In this document: in pieces, positions 25,621 to 36,896 of the stretch
Layout of the letters: each line of letters opens with the position of its first letter
Position numbering within the stretch: position 1 is the stretch's first letter
Position numbers and translations under genes: made by a program
Notes under the pieces: generated by a model
Database searches by the model: none
What the model saw: only the letters and a program-made list of their open reading frames with translations
What the model was told of the DNA's origin: nothing
Origin: a virus
Length of the DNA stretch: 64,000 nucleotides
Direction: 5' to 3' (one strand)
IMG/VR virus record: IMGVR_UViG_3300024329_000007
Coordinates: 15,937 to 79,936 of that record

Positions 25621-28600
25621 TTATGACTTTATTTTTATCATAGGCCTTATATCATAAGAGTAGCCTAACCTTTTATTATATATCAGTCTGAAGTTTAGTG
25701 GTGTTTGTGTATGCGGTTTATAAGTAAAATTATTGTCGCTTTCAAATCCATTAGAACTTAGATCGCCTGTATTTAAAGTATTAATAAACTCAGATCCCTT
25801 GCCTTTAAAAGACTTAGTATATAGTACTAAATTATCTATAGTTAAAACATCTATTAAGTTTTTAATAATATAATTCTGAGAATCATCAATAAGTGTAGTT
25901 TTATCACCAAATGATTTTTCCGGATTAACAAACTCTATTAACGTATTTAAAACTCCAGAATCTCTAAGTTTTTTATAGATAACTGAATCCATATAAAAAT
26001 CTGCAATAATATTATTTTTATCTTCAAATATCATAATATCTGCAGTATTGTTAGAATTTCTTAAAATATCATCTAATTCTTCTTTATTGTTAACATTAGC
26101 TGTAGTATAATCTAATAGTAAATATGAATCTTCTAGTGTCATCATTGTAGAGGCTAAATAAGATCTTTCTTCAATAACCCCAAACGTTCCTACGACATTA
26201 GTACTTTTACCACCAGATAAAGACCTAGAATAGTATTCACTATCCCATGAAGACTTAAATACATTTATGTCTTTTTTATCTATTGCGATCTCGCTAATTA
26301 GTGGGTAAAGTGGCAACAAATCACTACTGGCAGAAAGTTTAATAACACCCTTAGTGTTTATATCATTAACTTTGTGGTAAAAATGATTTTTTATTACACC
26401 CCAATTAGAATCATGTTCTCCATTATCTTGTATAAAACCAAGATTAAATGTAGTTCCAGTTCTATTATACCTATTATAGTATTTTCTAGCTATCGCAACC
26501 TCAGATACATCATTTAAAGAGTGTCTATATAAACTTTCTTCAAAAGATCTTTCAACAGCATTACCGGAAACATGATCTCTATTTACTTTAAAATGAGTAT
26601 ATAAATCTGTAAACGTAACCACCGGTCTCATATCCACTGTATAATTTCCAGAATGTCTAATCAAGAATGGGTAGTATGTTTCCCCGGGTACAATATTATA
26701 TCCAATAGTTCCAGAGCTTAACTTAAAAGTCTGTGGTTTATTAGTATCTTCTTCTATTTTTAAATTTGATTCTTTAATAATTTCTTTACCATCTTCAAAG
26801 TTTATAATAAATCTATTATCAAGAACAGTACCGTCTGTAGTTATTGTTTTGTAATTTATATCTGCTCCATTTGAGTTTAACATTTTAGAAACATATTGTA
26901 TAGAAAGTTTTTCTAAAAGTTTAGAATGTGCATTTACACCACCACCTTCATATACATAATCTGCATTAACTAATAATGTTGAACTTAAATAAGCAACAGG
27001 CATTATTATACTAGGATCATCTACTCTATAAGGTATTTCCTGTAATACTAACTCTTCATTTGAATTTACAGTGGCTACTCTTGCTGCCCAAGTACCAACC
27101 GAGCCTGCAAATTCTATTATAATTCTTCCATATAAACCATCACTCCCCGGTGATATTTGAGTATCAAACTCAGGGTCAGTTCCATTGTTATGTTCCATAC
27201 CTCTAACAACGTAGGGCCCAGATCCACTAAAATCAACACTTAATAAATTTAAAGCTCCTGAAAGGTTTGCATCACTATAAACATATTCACCAATACCATC
27301 TCCATAATTATCTGAATTATCAAAAACCATTTTATGATTTAATTCATACATCATTTTTCTAGAAAGAGTATTATCAATCCAAAAATCTGAAATATTTAGT
27401 GTAATAAAGAATATTACAAATTTATGTGCTTCGTTTTTTATAACATCATATTCAATAGAATTTTTGCCGTCTGCTGTATTGTCTTGATTAACCTTAACTA
27501 AAGTACTAAAACGGTAACCATTAAATTCATTATTTTTTACATACTCAGATGCTATTTGATTTGTAAACTCTTTTCTTGATCTAAATAAAACTTTAATACC
27601 TTTAAAGAAAGTGCTTGCAAATGAAATATCATTACCATTTTTAATAATACTATATTTCTTTTTTAAAGGTTTTTTTGCAAACGTGTTCATGTCAAAATTT
27701 ACTGAGCGATCATCTTTTAAATCACTAGAATTAGAGCTTATTTCAAGACCATCACATATCATAAACTTGTCAAAGTAGTCAAGATTATTATCCATAAACA
27801 TCTCTTTAGTTATTTCAAAATCTTGTATAAAATTAATATAACTAAAAGTTTCATTAACATGGTTGTATCTATAAAAATTAGGTATTTTATCTATATAAAA
27901 CCATTCATGAGTAAATGCCTTTTTATCTCTACCAGCAACTGATAAATCTGGTGCGAAATTGGTTCTACCAAAAGCTTCATTAGCATTTAAATAATATGGC
28001 TGTTCTCTAACAGTATCACAATCTTTAAGTACCCATTTATTAATATTAGGAACCACTCGTGAGTTTAAAGATAATTCCTTTACATTATTTTCTTCTAGCC
28101 TATCAAATTCAGAATTAATAAATTTAGAATTAGCACCTACAATAGATTCGTTATCTAATATAGGAAGCAGGTTTGAAAAATATTCAGATGGACTAAGTTC
28201 AAAATCTTCACTTAAAATATCACTGGTTTCAAGGCCTTCATAATTTGCTCTATAACTAAAGAGATCTTCATCTGTCCATTCTTTAGTAGTCGAATAAGGT
28301 TTATACTCAATATTAGAAAACTCTTCTTTATATAGTTCTTTAAGATCAGAATTAGAAGTATCATAAAAATCAAAGTTTAAATCATAAATATCATACGCTG
28401 AAAATAAACCAATTCTAAGGTTATTTTCTCTATATAATCTAAGCTCTCCAGAGCCAATAGAATTAGGCTCACTTAAAATTAACCTATGATATCCAGCATT
28501 TAAGTCTTCAACATATTCAACAACATCTTTAATTTTATTAAATCTGCCCGCGTAATTAGTAGCAATGTAATCATTAATATTAATTTCACTAATAGTATCA

Positions 28601-31600
28601 CTTTTAACAAGCATAGAAGTACCATTACTAGCACCACCGTTAAAATAATAAGGCCTCCAGCTATTAAGTATAGTAGAGTCTAAGTTTAATAAAAAGCCAT
28701 TTGGATCATAATTTTCTGCGCTAACAAAATCAATATTATTATTTTGATTAATTAATAACGCATGCTGAAGTAATTTATATCCAGGTATTTTTATACTAAC
28801 ATAAACATCAGCACCTATATTTTTAGCATTAAATTCTGAAAACTGATTAATACAACCACTCATTGCAATTGCAATATCTTTAGGTTGGCCATCTTGTGAA
28901 AATTTATTACCGTTAAACGTACCTTTAGTAAGTTCACCAGAATCTGCTGCAAAAATAGTACTATTATATAAATCAACGTTTGTATATACATTACTAACTT
29001 TAATAATATTGCCATTAGGTATTGAAACAAATAGTCCTATATTTCCAAGTCCTGATTTTTTTTCAGAAACAATTATTGTTTTATTTAATTCATCAATTGT
29101 AATTGTAGACTTTTGAGATAAAGCACTAGCTAAAAAGCTAGTTTTAAAATTATTAATAGCATCTAAAACATCACTACCAGAATTAAATTGAAAACTAATT
29201 CCTGTAGAATCCTCTATAGTAATTTGACTTAAAGGTGTATGTTTAATAAACTTAAAGCTAAAAACCTCTTCTTTTGTATGTACAATAGCTATATTATCAT
29301 TAACAATCGGATTATCAGTTACTGTAAATTTAATATAATCAAAAGCAGCTCCTTCTACATCTTCTGCTTCAATAGATTTGTCTTTATATTTAATACCTAA
29401 TTTACCAGATATCTCATTTAAACTATCTACAACTTCTAAGTTTAGATTAGATTCATCATAATACTTATTAGTAGCTATTTTATAATAAGAGTCTTCAATA
29501 GAAACATAACCCAACGTCGGCGTGTTATTCATCATACTATGAGCAGGAATACCAGTAGCCGGGTTTGTAGAATCTACGTATGACTCAATAGATTTAAATT
29601 TAATTCTTCCGGATGTAGATGTAGAAACTTCTCCAAGTCCAGAATCTATATCGTTAACATACAATCCAAAATATCTATTAACAGAATATTCGTTAGCAGA
29701 TGCATCATCAAATAAAAATTCAAGATTTAAAATATTAGCAGACGCTATTGAATTTCTTCTAAACCCATCAGTTATAAAGTCATTAGCCTCTATCAACGGT
29801 TTATCTTTTTTAACAAAATCTTCATATAAGTATTCTGCTTTACTAACAAAACCACCCTTAACTAAATCTATTCCATTATAAGTAGATTTTTCATCTTTTT
29901 CAAAAGAAAAAGTTAATGGTGCTTCTGGGAAGTTATCATCTTGTAAATGATTTCTAACATAAGCCCCTATTGCAGACTCGCTTGTTAAATCAAATGTTTT
30001 AACAATTTCAGCATTAGCTAAAATAGATTTAATCCTTGTTAAGTTATCGTCGTTAGTATTCTTTAATTCTTCAGATTCTCCAGGATTATTTATTTTAAAA
30101 ATAACAAACATTTTAGGCATATTAAGATCCGCCCATATTGGTGCAAATATCCTAAACTTTTCATCATAAAGCTTGGAGTAATTAAGAGTTGCACCATATT
30201 GATAATCTTCCTCAATCTGAGATTGATAATCTTCTAATACTGATGTGTCAGAAGATGTTCTTTTTGTTTTATAAATAATCTCACTAGGTGTTCTTTTAGA
30301 ATTAAAGAAATTAGCAATGTCGTAAGAATACGATCCTGTCCTACTAACTTCATTTTTCTTATATTCAATATTAGCTAAATCTTTAGTCGCATCAATAGAT
30401 TCTAAATAGATTTTATCGTCAGTGTCTGCAACTAATTTAATATTTGTTGTTAACTTAGGGTTTGTTCTTAATAAAGGTCTAGAAATATTATCTATATTAT
30501 AATTTTTATCAGTATTAAAATTAACACCCAATGTCGGATCAAAATCATCGTCATCTATTTCACCAAATTGGTACAAATATAAATTAGCCACAGGATCTCC
30601 ACATTTAAGACAGCCCTCAAACGCCTTTATTTCATTATTACTAAAAATACCAATTGAACTTGCTAGTTTTTGCTGTACTATTGTTTTTTTACCTGCAACA
30701 TCATACCCACCGATGCTTTTTAATAATAGCTCAGCTTCGTCTATGTCCGTAGCTCTAACTTTATGTACAAATGTAACACATTCGTTACCGCCAGGTAATT
30801 CAAATGTTGTATAGTTTACGCTCTTTAATGCAGATATAAAATCAGAAATATAATTCTCATCTCCTTCAAAATGATCCCCATCAATAACGTACATATTAAA
30901 TGTAATCTCTCCTGTTATTTCTTCCGGACTACATGACCAAAAAGCATAAAATATATTAGAAGCAAATGCGTTTGCACTATTAATTTGACTTATACCATAG
31001 GCATCTGGCCTCTCATATTCCTCACAAGACCCTCCGGTTTCAATTAAACCACCAGTGCTTAAATCTCCAGTGCCTGTAAATCCAAACCATTGTCTAGGTG
31101 CTGGATTTCCATCTCCAAAATAAAACCAGCCGTCGATCGGGTTAGCATCACTCTTATAAATTTGTCTAGGCGCTAAAAAAGTAGATTCTTGATCTAATGC
31201 CGCCTGTTGAGTTGTAAAAATAGGAATATCCTGCTGCGCAAGATCTAAGAGCTCTAATGTAGAACCCTCTTCTGCTAAATAATAAAATGTGCTTGTTGTT
31301 AAATTTGTAGTACAAAATTCTGCTGCGGATGTTGCATTATTATCAGGATCATGTTTTAACGAGATTGAAAAAACATCATAAACTATAAATATACATTCTA
31401 CAGCTGCGCCACCATTAGGCCACTCTACTGATGCTCCATCCCATTCTAGATGTGATGGCTCTGCTGCATCTGAAGATTCAAAAAATATGTTCGCGTTCCA
31501 AACTGTATTTAGTGTAGGCGATGTACCACTATTTAATTCATTAGAGTGTACTTCTGCATCGTTAAAACTTGTAAAAATAGGTAAATTCTCAGAAGCTATT

Positions 31601-33150
31601 TGATCTATATTTTTAAGGCCGTCATTAGTAACATAAAAAACATTTAACAGAGTTCCAAATTCATTACAAATATTATTAAATTGAGTAGAAGATAAAACAC
31701 TAATACTCTCAACACTGTATATTGGCCCCGTTGGACATGATACAATATCTACTACTTCACCAACCTGGTCAATTTTGTAAGATTTATCAGTTGTAGCTTC
31801 ATAAAACCAAGAACCCTCACCATCATACTCTACTTGTAAATTTTGATCGCTATAAAAAATAGTTCCAGTAACAATACTTGCGGCTACTGTATCGTTTGTA
31901 TATAATTCGTTAGGAGTTGATTGATTACATGCTGTAAATTGATTACCAAATGGATTACTAAGCTGAATAGCTTCAAACGGAATCACACATGAGCCTATTG
32001 CTGCTACCTCTCCGCTTACCACCTGTGCCCAAGTATCAGTATTATATAAATAGTAATAACCATCTAACACTGGAGTGGTTTTGTCTACATCTTGCCAAAT
32101 CACATCACCAACTACTAAAGAGCTTGTAGTATTTCCACTAGTGGTATAATATAAATTAACATAACCAGAATTTGAACATGCATCAAAGCTACTTGTTTGC
32201 CTAGACCCTACTGAAACCCCAGTTGTACTAGTACACTGGACTATATTAATAACTTGGCCAGATTCATTTACTAAATAGGTCTTATCAATTTCACTTTCAT
32301 ACCAATATTGAGTACCTGCCGCCTTTGGCGTAGACCCATCTCCTTCATACTCATCTATATTTCCTGCAGTATCTAAGAATATAGTATCGTTAATTGCCGG
32401 CTCAGTTTTAGTACCAAAATTATCATCAAAATACCTTACTGCAACCGTTCCACCAGTACCTGAACATGCACCAGCTGGAGTTGTACTATAAATATTGGTA
32501 GTATTAAATGCAGTGTATGTTGTACATTGAGTCCCAAATGCAACTATCTCTCCAATATCTGATACTTCTATTGGTATAGAATTTCCATTACCAAGATCAA
32601 GAGTATACCAATATGTAGTTCCTGATGTTTTAGCAGTTGAACCGTCGGCTAAATAAGTATCGGGGATTGTAGCGTTTGCATCTGTATATACAGTCATCCC
32701 AATTTCTAGTGAACTTCCAGCAGTTTCAACAAATCTTTGTGTTTTATTTGCATCTAATATAACTGCACATGCATCAGCCTCATTGGCTTCAAATGGCTGA
32801 GTAGTTGAATTAGTTTCAAAATCAAGAATTTGTGTACAAGTATATTTTTGTGTAACTTTACCAGCTTCATCTACTAATAGCGAAATACCAATCCCTGATC
32901 CTAAATCTGTAGTATACCAATAATCAGTACCGGCCTGTTTTATACCACTTGCTGCGTCGGCAAGAAACTCATCAGCTTGAGTGCCGGCAATAGTCATAAA
33001 GATAGTATCACCAACCTCAGGCTCGGTGCCATTAGTATCATCAAAGAATCTTTGTTGAGGTAAAGTTGTAATATCTACGGCACATGCCGCATCTGCGCCA
33101 GATGAATACGGTTGTGTAGTAGGATTAGTATTAAAACTGATTATTGCCAT
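25621..33150 (-). CDS. Very large virion (baseplate/tail) protein with N-terminal tandem Cys-bracketed repeats
   Basis: 2509 aa; about seven 80-115 aa repeats (AC...GDTI(F/Y)...G.V...C) precede a long core (LLRTNPKLTTNIKL...). Confidence 0.65.
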   Translation of the reverse strand: MAIISFNTNPTTQPYSSGADAACAVDITTLPQQRFFDDTNGTEPEVGDTIFMTIAGTQADEFLADAASGIKQAGTDYWYTTDLGSGIGISLLVDEAGKVTQKYTCTQILDFETNSTTQPFEANEADACAVILDANKTQRFVETAGSSLEIGMTVYTDANATIPDTYLADGSTAKTSGTTYWYTLDLGNGNSIPIEVSDIGEIVAFGTQCTTYTAFNTTNIYSTTPAGACSGTGGTVAVRYFDDNFGTKTEPAINDTIFLDTAGNIDEYEGDGSTPKAAGTQYWYESEIDKTYLVNESGQVINIVQCTSTTGVSVGSRQTSSFDACSNSGYVNLYYTTSGNTTSSLVVGDVIWQDVDKTTPVLDGYYYLYNTDTWAQVVSGEVAAIGSCVIPFEAIQLSNPFGNQFTACNQSTPNELYTNDTVAASIVTGTIFYSDQNLQVEYDGEGSWFYEATTDKSYKIDQVGEVVDIVSCPTGPIYSVESISVLSSTQFNNICNEFGTLLNVFYVTNDGLKNIDQIASENLPIFTSFNDAEVHSNELNSGTSPTLNTVWNANIFFESSDAAEPSHLEWDGASVEWPNGGAAVECIFIVYDVFSISLKHDPDNNATSAAEFCTTNLTTSTFYYLAEEGSTLELLDLAQQDIPIFTTQQAALDQESTFLAPRQIYKSDANPIDGWFYFGDGNPAPRQWFGFTGTGDLSTGGLIETGGSCEEYERPDAYGISQINSANAFASNIFYAFWSCSPEEITGEITFNMYVIDGDHFEGDENYISDFISALKSVNYTTFELPGGNECVTFVHKVRATDIDEAELLLKSIGGYDVAGKKTIVQQKLASSIGIFSNNEIKAFEGCLKCGDPVANLYLYQFGEIDDDDFDPTLGVNFNTDKNYNIDNISRPLLRTNPKLTTNIKLVADTDDKIYLESIDATKDLANIEYKKNEVSRTGSYSYDIANFFNSKRTPSEIIYKTKRTSSDTSVLEDYQSQIEEDYQYGATLNYSKLYDEKFRIFAPIWADLNMPKMFVIFKINNPGESEELKNTNDDNLTRIKSILANAEIVKTFDLTSESAIGAYVRNHLQDDNFPEAPLTFSFEKDEKSTYNGIDLVKGGFVSKAEYLYEDFVKKDKPLIEANDFITDGFRRNSIASANILNLEFLFDDASANEYSVNRYFGLYVNDIDSGLGEVSTSTSGRIKFKSIESYVDSTNPATGIPAHSMMNNTPTLGYVSIEDSYYKIATNKYYDESNLNLEVVDSLNEISGKLGIKYKDKSIEAEDVEGAAFDYIKFTVTDNPIVNDNIAIVHTKEEVFSFKFIKHTPLSQITIEDSTGISFQFNSGSDVLDAINNFKTSFLASALSQKSTITIDELNKTIIVSEKKSGLGNIGLFVSIPNGNIIKVSNVYTNVDLYNSTIFAADSGELTKGTFNGNKFSQDGQPKDIAIAMSGCINQFSEFNAKNIGADVYVSIKIPGYKLLQHALLINQNNNIDFVSAENYDPNGFLLNLDSTILNSWRPYYFNGGASNGTSMLVKSDTISEININDYIATNYAGRFNKIKDVVEYVEDLNAGYHRLILSEPNSIGSGELRLYRENNLRIGLFSAYDIYDLNFDFYDTSNSDLKELYKEEFSNIEYKPYSTTKEWTDEDLFSYRANYEGLETSDILSEDFELSPSEYFSNLLPILDNESIVGANSKFINSEFDRLEENNVKELSLNSRVVPNINKWVLKDCDTVREQPYYLNANEAFGRTNFAPDLSVAGRDKKAFTHEWFYIDKIPNFYRYNHVNETFSYINFIQDFEITKEMFMDNNLDYFDKFMICDGLEISSNSSDLKDDRSVNFDMNTFAKKPLKKKYSIIKNGNDISFASTFFKGIKVLFRSRKEFTNQIASEYVKNNEFNGYRFSTLVKVNQDNTADGKNSIEYDVIKNEAHKFVIFFITLNISDFWIDNTLSRKMMYELNHKMVFDNSDNYGDGIGEYVYSDANLSGALNLLSVDFSGSGPYVVRGMEHNNGTDPEFDTQISPGSDGLYGRIIIEFAGSVGTWAARVATVNSNEELVLQEIPYRVDDPSIIMPVAYLSSTLLVNADYVYEGGGVNAHSKLLEKLSIQYVSKMLNSNGADINYKTITTDGTVLDNRFIINFEDGKEIIKESNLKIEEDTNKPQTFKLSSGTIGYNIVPGETYYPFLIRHSGNYTVDMRPVVTFTDLYTHFKVNRDHVSGNAVERSFEESLYRHSLNDVSEVAIARKYYNRYNRTGTTFNLGFIQDNGEHDSNWGVIKNHFYHKVNDINTKGVIKLSASSDLLPLYPLISEIAIDKKDINVFKSSWDSEYYSRSLSGGKSTNVVGTFGVIEERSYLASTMMTLEDSYLLLDYTTANVNNKEELDDILRNSNNTADIMIFEDKNNIIADFYMDSVIYKKLRDSGVLNTLIEFVNPEKSFGDKTTLIDDSQNYIIKNLIDVLTIDNLVLYTKSFKGKGSEFINTLNTGDLSSNGFESDNNFTYKPHTQTPLNFRLIYNKRLGYSYDIRPMIKIKS

Positions 33151-33205
33151 TAGTTATTAAAATCTTTTAATATAGAGGTTGTTCTCTATTATATATCCTA
33201 GATTA

Positions 33206-36200
33206 TTATCTAACTAATTGAGCTGCTCTAATAGAATTTAAATTCTTGCCTTTAGGAGAATATTTAGCGAATACTTCTAGGTCAAATGAAAATTGATTAT
33301 CATATTTATCAAATATATCCAATCCTATTTTCTTAGTATATGTTAGATTACCAAATCCAAATTTAGTAAACCCTCCGATTCTACCGATATCAGATTCTGC
33401 ATCATTTCCATAATAATCAGTCATCCTATATTGGAATACTACATCTAAAGATAGTCCATTATTTTCCCCATTTTCAACAGATTTAGTACTCTGTTTTGTT
33501 TCTCCGGATACAGATAAAGTATCCGGGTTAATTGGAGATAAAAATAAGAAAGAACCTACTGATTTTCCACCTAATAAATATTGGTCATTTGCATCAAATG
33601 ACATTTTAAAAGATCTATCACCAGCTGCAATCTTACCGTCCATTTCCATGAAACCTAACTGCTTCTTACTTAGTACTGAGTTAACATTAAGTACACCACT
33701 TACTAACGCTTGATACGGAGTTATTCTTCCTGAAGTTTCTAACGTAGCAGTTATTGGCATTGTGTATATTGCATTATTAACAAGAGCCTGTAATGATACA
33801 CCCTGTTCAGATATAGTTACTGCCGAAGATGAAGATGCGGTTTGTCCGTAATCTAAATATAGGTTTTCTAAATCTGGGTGGTCTTTATGTAAATAAAGTC
33901 CTGTGTTATATTCTAATGCACTAACGTTAGCAAATGTTGTTACATCAATAACATTAGCGTTAAACTGTCCACTTAAATCTGCGTCTGCACCGGCAGTACC
34001 TGCAGTGCTAATACCAAATGTACCCGACCAAATAAAGTTTGATGACGTTGCATCACCAGTTGTAGTTAATAAAGTAGGTAGTGTAGAACTTTCAAAGTCA
34101 GCATAACCCAATACATATTCATAATTATCTAAAGACCCAATCGAAGATCCAGTATTAGTAGAAATAGGAGCAGTAGCATATAATGTGTTTGTACCAGATA
34201 TATCCATATATCTAGAGTAAACAAATTGACCCCTCCTTTGTGCAGATTGATAAGGTGCTTCATGTAATAAGTCTATTGAACTTAATTGATTAGCGGATAT
34301 GTTTTGGTACTGTATTGGTACTAAATCATAATTACCTTCTGTTGTATAATAAGTATCACTAATAATTTTACTATCTATTGCCTGGGCGCCATCGTCATTA
34401 ACAGGATTTCCAAATCCGTTTATGGATGCTCCGCCAGCATTTGATTTATGTGCCGGGAATGTTCTATCACCAGTAAGTCTAGAAATTAATTCTAATGTTG
34501 TAGCTTTTGTATTTTCAATTACTAATTTAAAAGTCTTAGTAACAATATGCCCCTTCTTTACTGTTAAATCTGCAACCTCGTCAACATAATATCCAGCAAA
34601 TATTTGATTAGTAGTATCTTTATTAATGTTAATAACAGTTCCGTCCTCATTGATGAGTTTAACAAATAGCTCACCCTTAACAGTTTCAATATTTTCTGTT
34701 AACGCGCTGATTTGTAATTGTAATTCTGCTAATTTATCATATATTGAAATAGGCTTTTGCTCTGGAGATAAAAATCCAGAAGCTAAATCTTGTGCACTAT
34801 GTGCATAAAACTTTTCGTTAGCAGTAAATGATCCAGCAACGTGTGTATAAACACCTTGAGCATTTAATTCTTCAGTTAGTTTTACTTTAGTTACTTCAGA
34901 TATATTTTGTTGAAGTAGTGCGTTTAAATCTGTTGTATCAACCTCTCCTGCTGGGAAACCTATAACAATAGGCTCGGACCAATCAGATAAAATTGGATTG
35001 GCAGGATAACCAGCTTCTGAAACTGATTTAATTCTAATCTCAACAGATTCACCTTGTGATATTGGTAAGTCTAATTGATTAAAGTTAACCTTTTGTGCAT
35101 CTTCAACCCTAGAGTCTTGCCATCTAAATTTACCTCTTACGTCCTTTGCTCTATCTCTTACTAAAGTTTTCTTTTCATTCCAATTTGAAAACACTGCAGT
35201 TTTTTCTCTAGTGTTCTCAAAGAATTTAAGTTGGTTTACTTCTGGAGCTTTACCAGATGTAGAAATATATCTATATTGAACTATAAATCTAACTACATTC
35301 TGATCTATTGTTCCGGCAACTGTTTTTGCAGTTGGCACCGTCCAAAAACCTCTTACTCTGTATTTAGGAGTAGCCTTACCGACATTTGTATCAACAGATA
35401 ACGATTGTATTTGATTAACAATTGAGCTATATAGAGATGCCTCAGATGCTCTCTGGTCTATTAATGTTTGTAATTCACTTCTATCTTTATCTCTCTCGAT
35501 TTTAGACTTATACTTTTTAGTAGCAATCTCAGATCTTTTCTTAGCAATAGTTTCATCTAATTTTTCTATTGTCTTTTCAGCAGCTGTTTTAGTAGAGTTC
35601 ATCTTTTTAATTTTTGAAGCAGAGTCACTCTCTGTCAAATGCTTATTAATTTGAACTACTTTAAAGTTTTCTACAACTAATGTAGGAGCATCCGGCTGAA
35701 TACCTTGAGTTGCTGGTGGTATTGCATCATCTTTAAGTGCTTTAATATATCTACCAAAGTCAGCAACTTCATCTTTATAAAATTCTGAAAGTCTTAATAC
35801 AGCACCATCATCTCTTGTGATTGTTAAATTATTAGAATAAAAACCAACACCTGGCGACCAACGTTCTGATAACATTTTAGATACTGGATCTATAGCTTTA
35901 ATAAAAACTAAAAGTCTTTCATTAAATCCAACGTTAAGTTCTGCTTCTAACACATTACCAACATTCTTATAAATACCAATAACGTTAACTCCAATTCTAA
36001 TAGGTTCAAATCCCTCAACTAATTCTAATTCAACTTGCCTAGTAGATCCATCAACTTTGACAACTTTATACCTAGTATTTTTATATGATGAATTAACCAT
36101 TATCTCATCACCAGGCTTAATAACCTCGGTGTTAATCACATCTTTACTAGAATCACTATAAGTTAATTGATCTAATGTATATAGTTTAATAGCCTGCTTC

Positions 36201-36895
36201 TTAGTAACTCCATCAACAATAACCTCTCTTTTAGAATTACTAATTTTAGTAACATCAAATTTACCATAAAATCTACTATTTCTATAAGGCATATCTCTAA
36301 CCTCTTCGTCAACAGTATACTTAATGCTATTATTTTCTAAACCTGCAATTGCTGCAGTATATGAAATATTATTTTGATTTACAAAATTAAGATTAAAGTA
36401 ATCTACAGCAATCTGATCACCAGAATCAAAAATAAATCTTTTAACTAAGATTCTTTCAGTATCATTAGGAATCTGACCCGTAACATCAAATTTAGTTACT
36501 AATAATGGGTTTAAGAAATCCTCAAAGAAGTAATTAGTTTTAACACCAAATGTTATTGGTCGATCTAATGCCTCAATATTATTTGCTGGAGTTTTAAGCG
36601 CTGCTGTAATTACCTTTTGGTAACTTCCGTCTGAAAGTCTAATATTTGTATCTCCATTTCCAAGTCCGCTAATAGACTTAAGATTCTTATCTAGTCTATC
36701 AAGTTCGCTTTTCATAAAACCGAACGAGGGTACGTAAACAGTAGTGGTTGAACCATCTTTGTTTAATATTTCTAGTGGAACATTTTTTTCACTAGTTGTA
36801 ACCGCTTCATTTATTCTCTCAAATGTTTTTAATGAATTAACATTAATCTCAAGAAGCTGTTTAATCGTGCTGGAAATAGAATTATTTGTATTCAT
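33206..36895 (-). CDS. Large virion structural protein with central coiled coil
   Basis: 1229 aa in tail/baseplate cluster; coiled coil KTAAEKTIEKLDETIAKK; FN3-like segment ILSDWSEP. Confidence 0.55.
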   Translation of the reverse strand: MNTNNSISSTIKQLLEINVNSLKTFERINEAVTTSEKNVPLEILNKDGSTTTVYVPSFGFMKSELDRLDKNLKSISGLGNGDTNIRLSDGSYQKVITAALKTPANNIEALDRPITFGVKTNYFFEDFLNPLLVTKFDVTGQIPNDTERILVKRFIFDSGDQIAVDYFNLNFVNQNNISYTAAIAGLENNSIKYTVDEEVRDMPYRNSRFYGKFDVTKISNSKREVIVDGVTKKQAIKLYTLDQLTYSDSSKDVINTEVIKPGDEIMVNSSYKNTRYKVVKVDGSTRQVELELVEGFEPIRIGVNVIGIYKNVGNVLEAELNVGFNERLLVFIKAIDPVSKMLSERWSPGVGFYSNNLTITRDDGAVLRLSEFYKDEVADFGRYIKALKDDAIPPATQGIQPDAPTLVVENFKVVQINKHLTESDSASKIKKMNSTKTAAEKTIEKLDETIAKKRSEIATKKYKSKIERDKDRSELQTLIDQRASEASLYSSIVNQIQSLSVDTNVGKATPKYRVRGFWTVPTAKTVAGTIDQNVVRFIVQYRYISTSGKAPEVNQLKFFENTREKTAVFSNWNEKKTLVRDRAKDVRGKFRWQDSRVEDAQKVNFNQLDLPISQGESVEIRIKSVSEAGYPANPILSDWSEPIVIGFPAGEVDTTDLNALLQQNISEVTKVKLTEELNAQGVYTHVAGSFTANEKFYAHSAQDLASGFLSPEQKPISIYDKLAELQLQISALTENIETVKGELFVKLINEDGTVININKDTTNQIFAGYYVDEVADLTVKKGHIVTKTFKLVIENTKATTLELISRLTGDRTFPAHKSNAGGASINGFGNPVNDDGAQAIDSKIISDTYYTTEGNYDLVPIQYQNISANQLSSIDLLHEAPYQSAQRRGQFVYSRYMDISGTNTLYATAPISTNTGSSIGSLDNYEYVLGYADFESSTLPTLLTTTGDATSSNFIWSGTFGISTAGTAGADADLSGQFNANVIDVTTFANVSALEYNTGLYLHKDHPDLENLYLDYGQTASSSSAVTISEQGVSLQALVNNAIYTMPITATLETSGRITPYQALVSGVLNVNSVLSKKQLGFMEMDGKIAAGDRSFKMSFDANDQYLLGGKSVGSFLFLSPINPDTLSVSGETKQSTKSVENGENNGLSLDVVFQYRMTDYYGNDAESDIGRIGGFTKFGFGNLTYTKKIGLDIFDKYDNQFSFDLEVFAKYSPKGKNLNSIRAAQLVR

Positions 36896-36896
36896 A

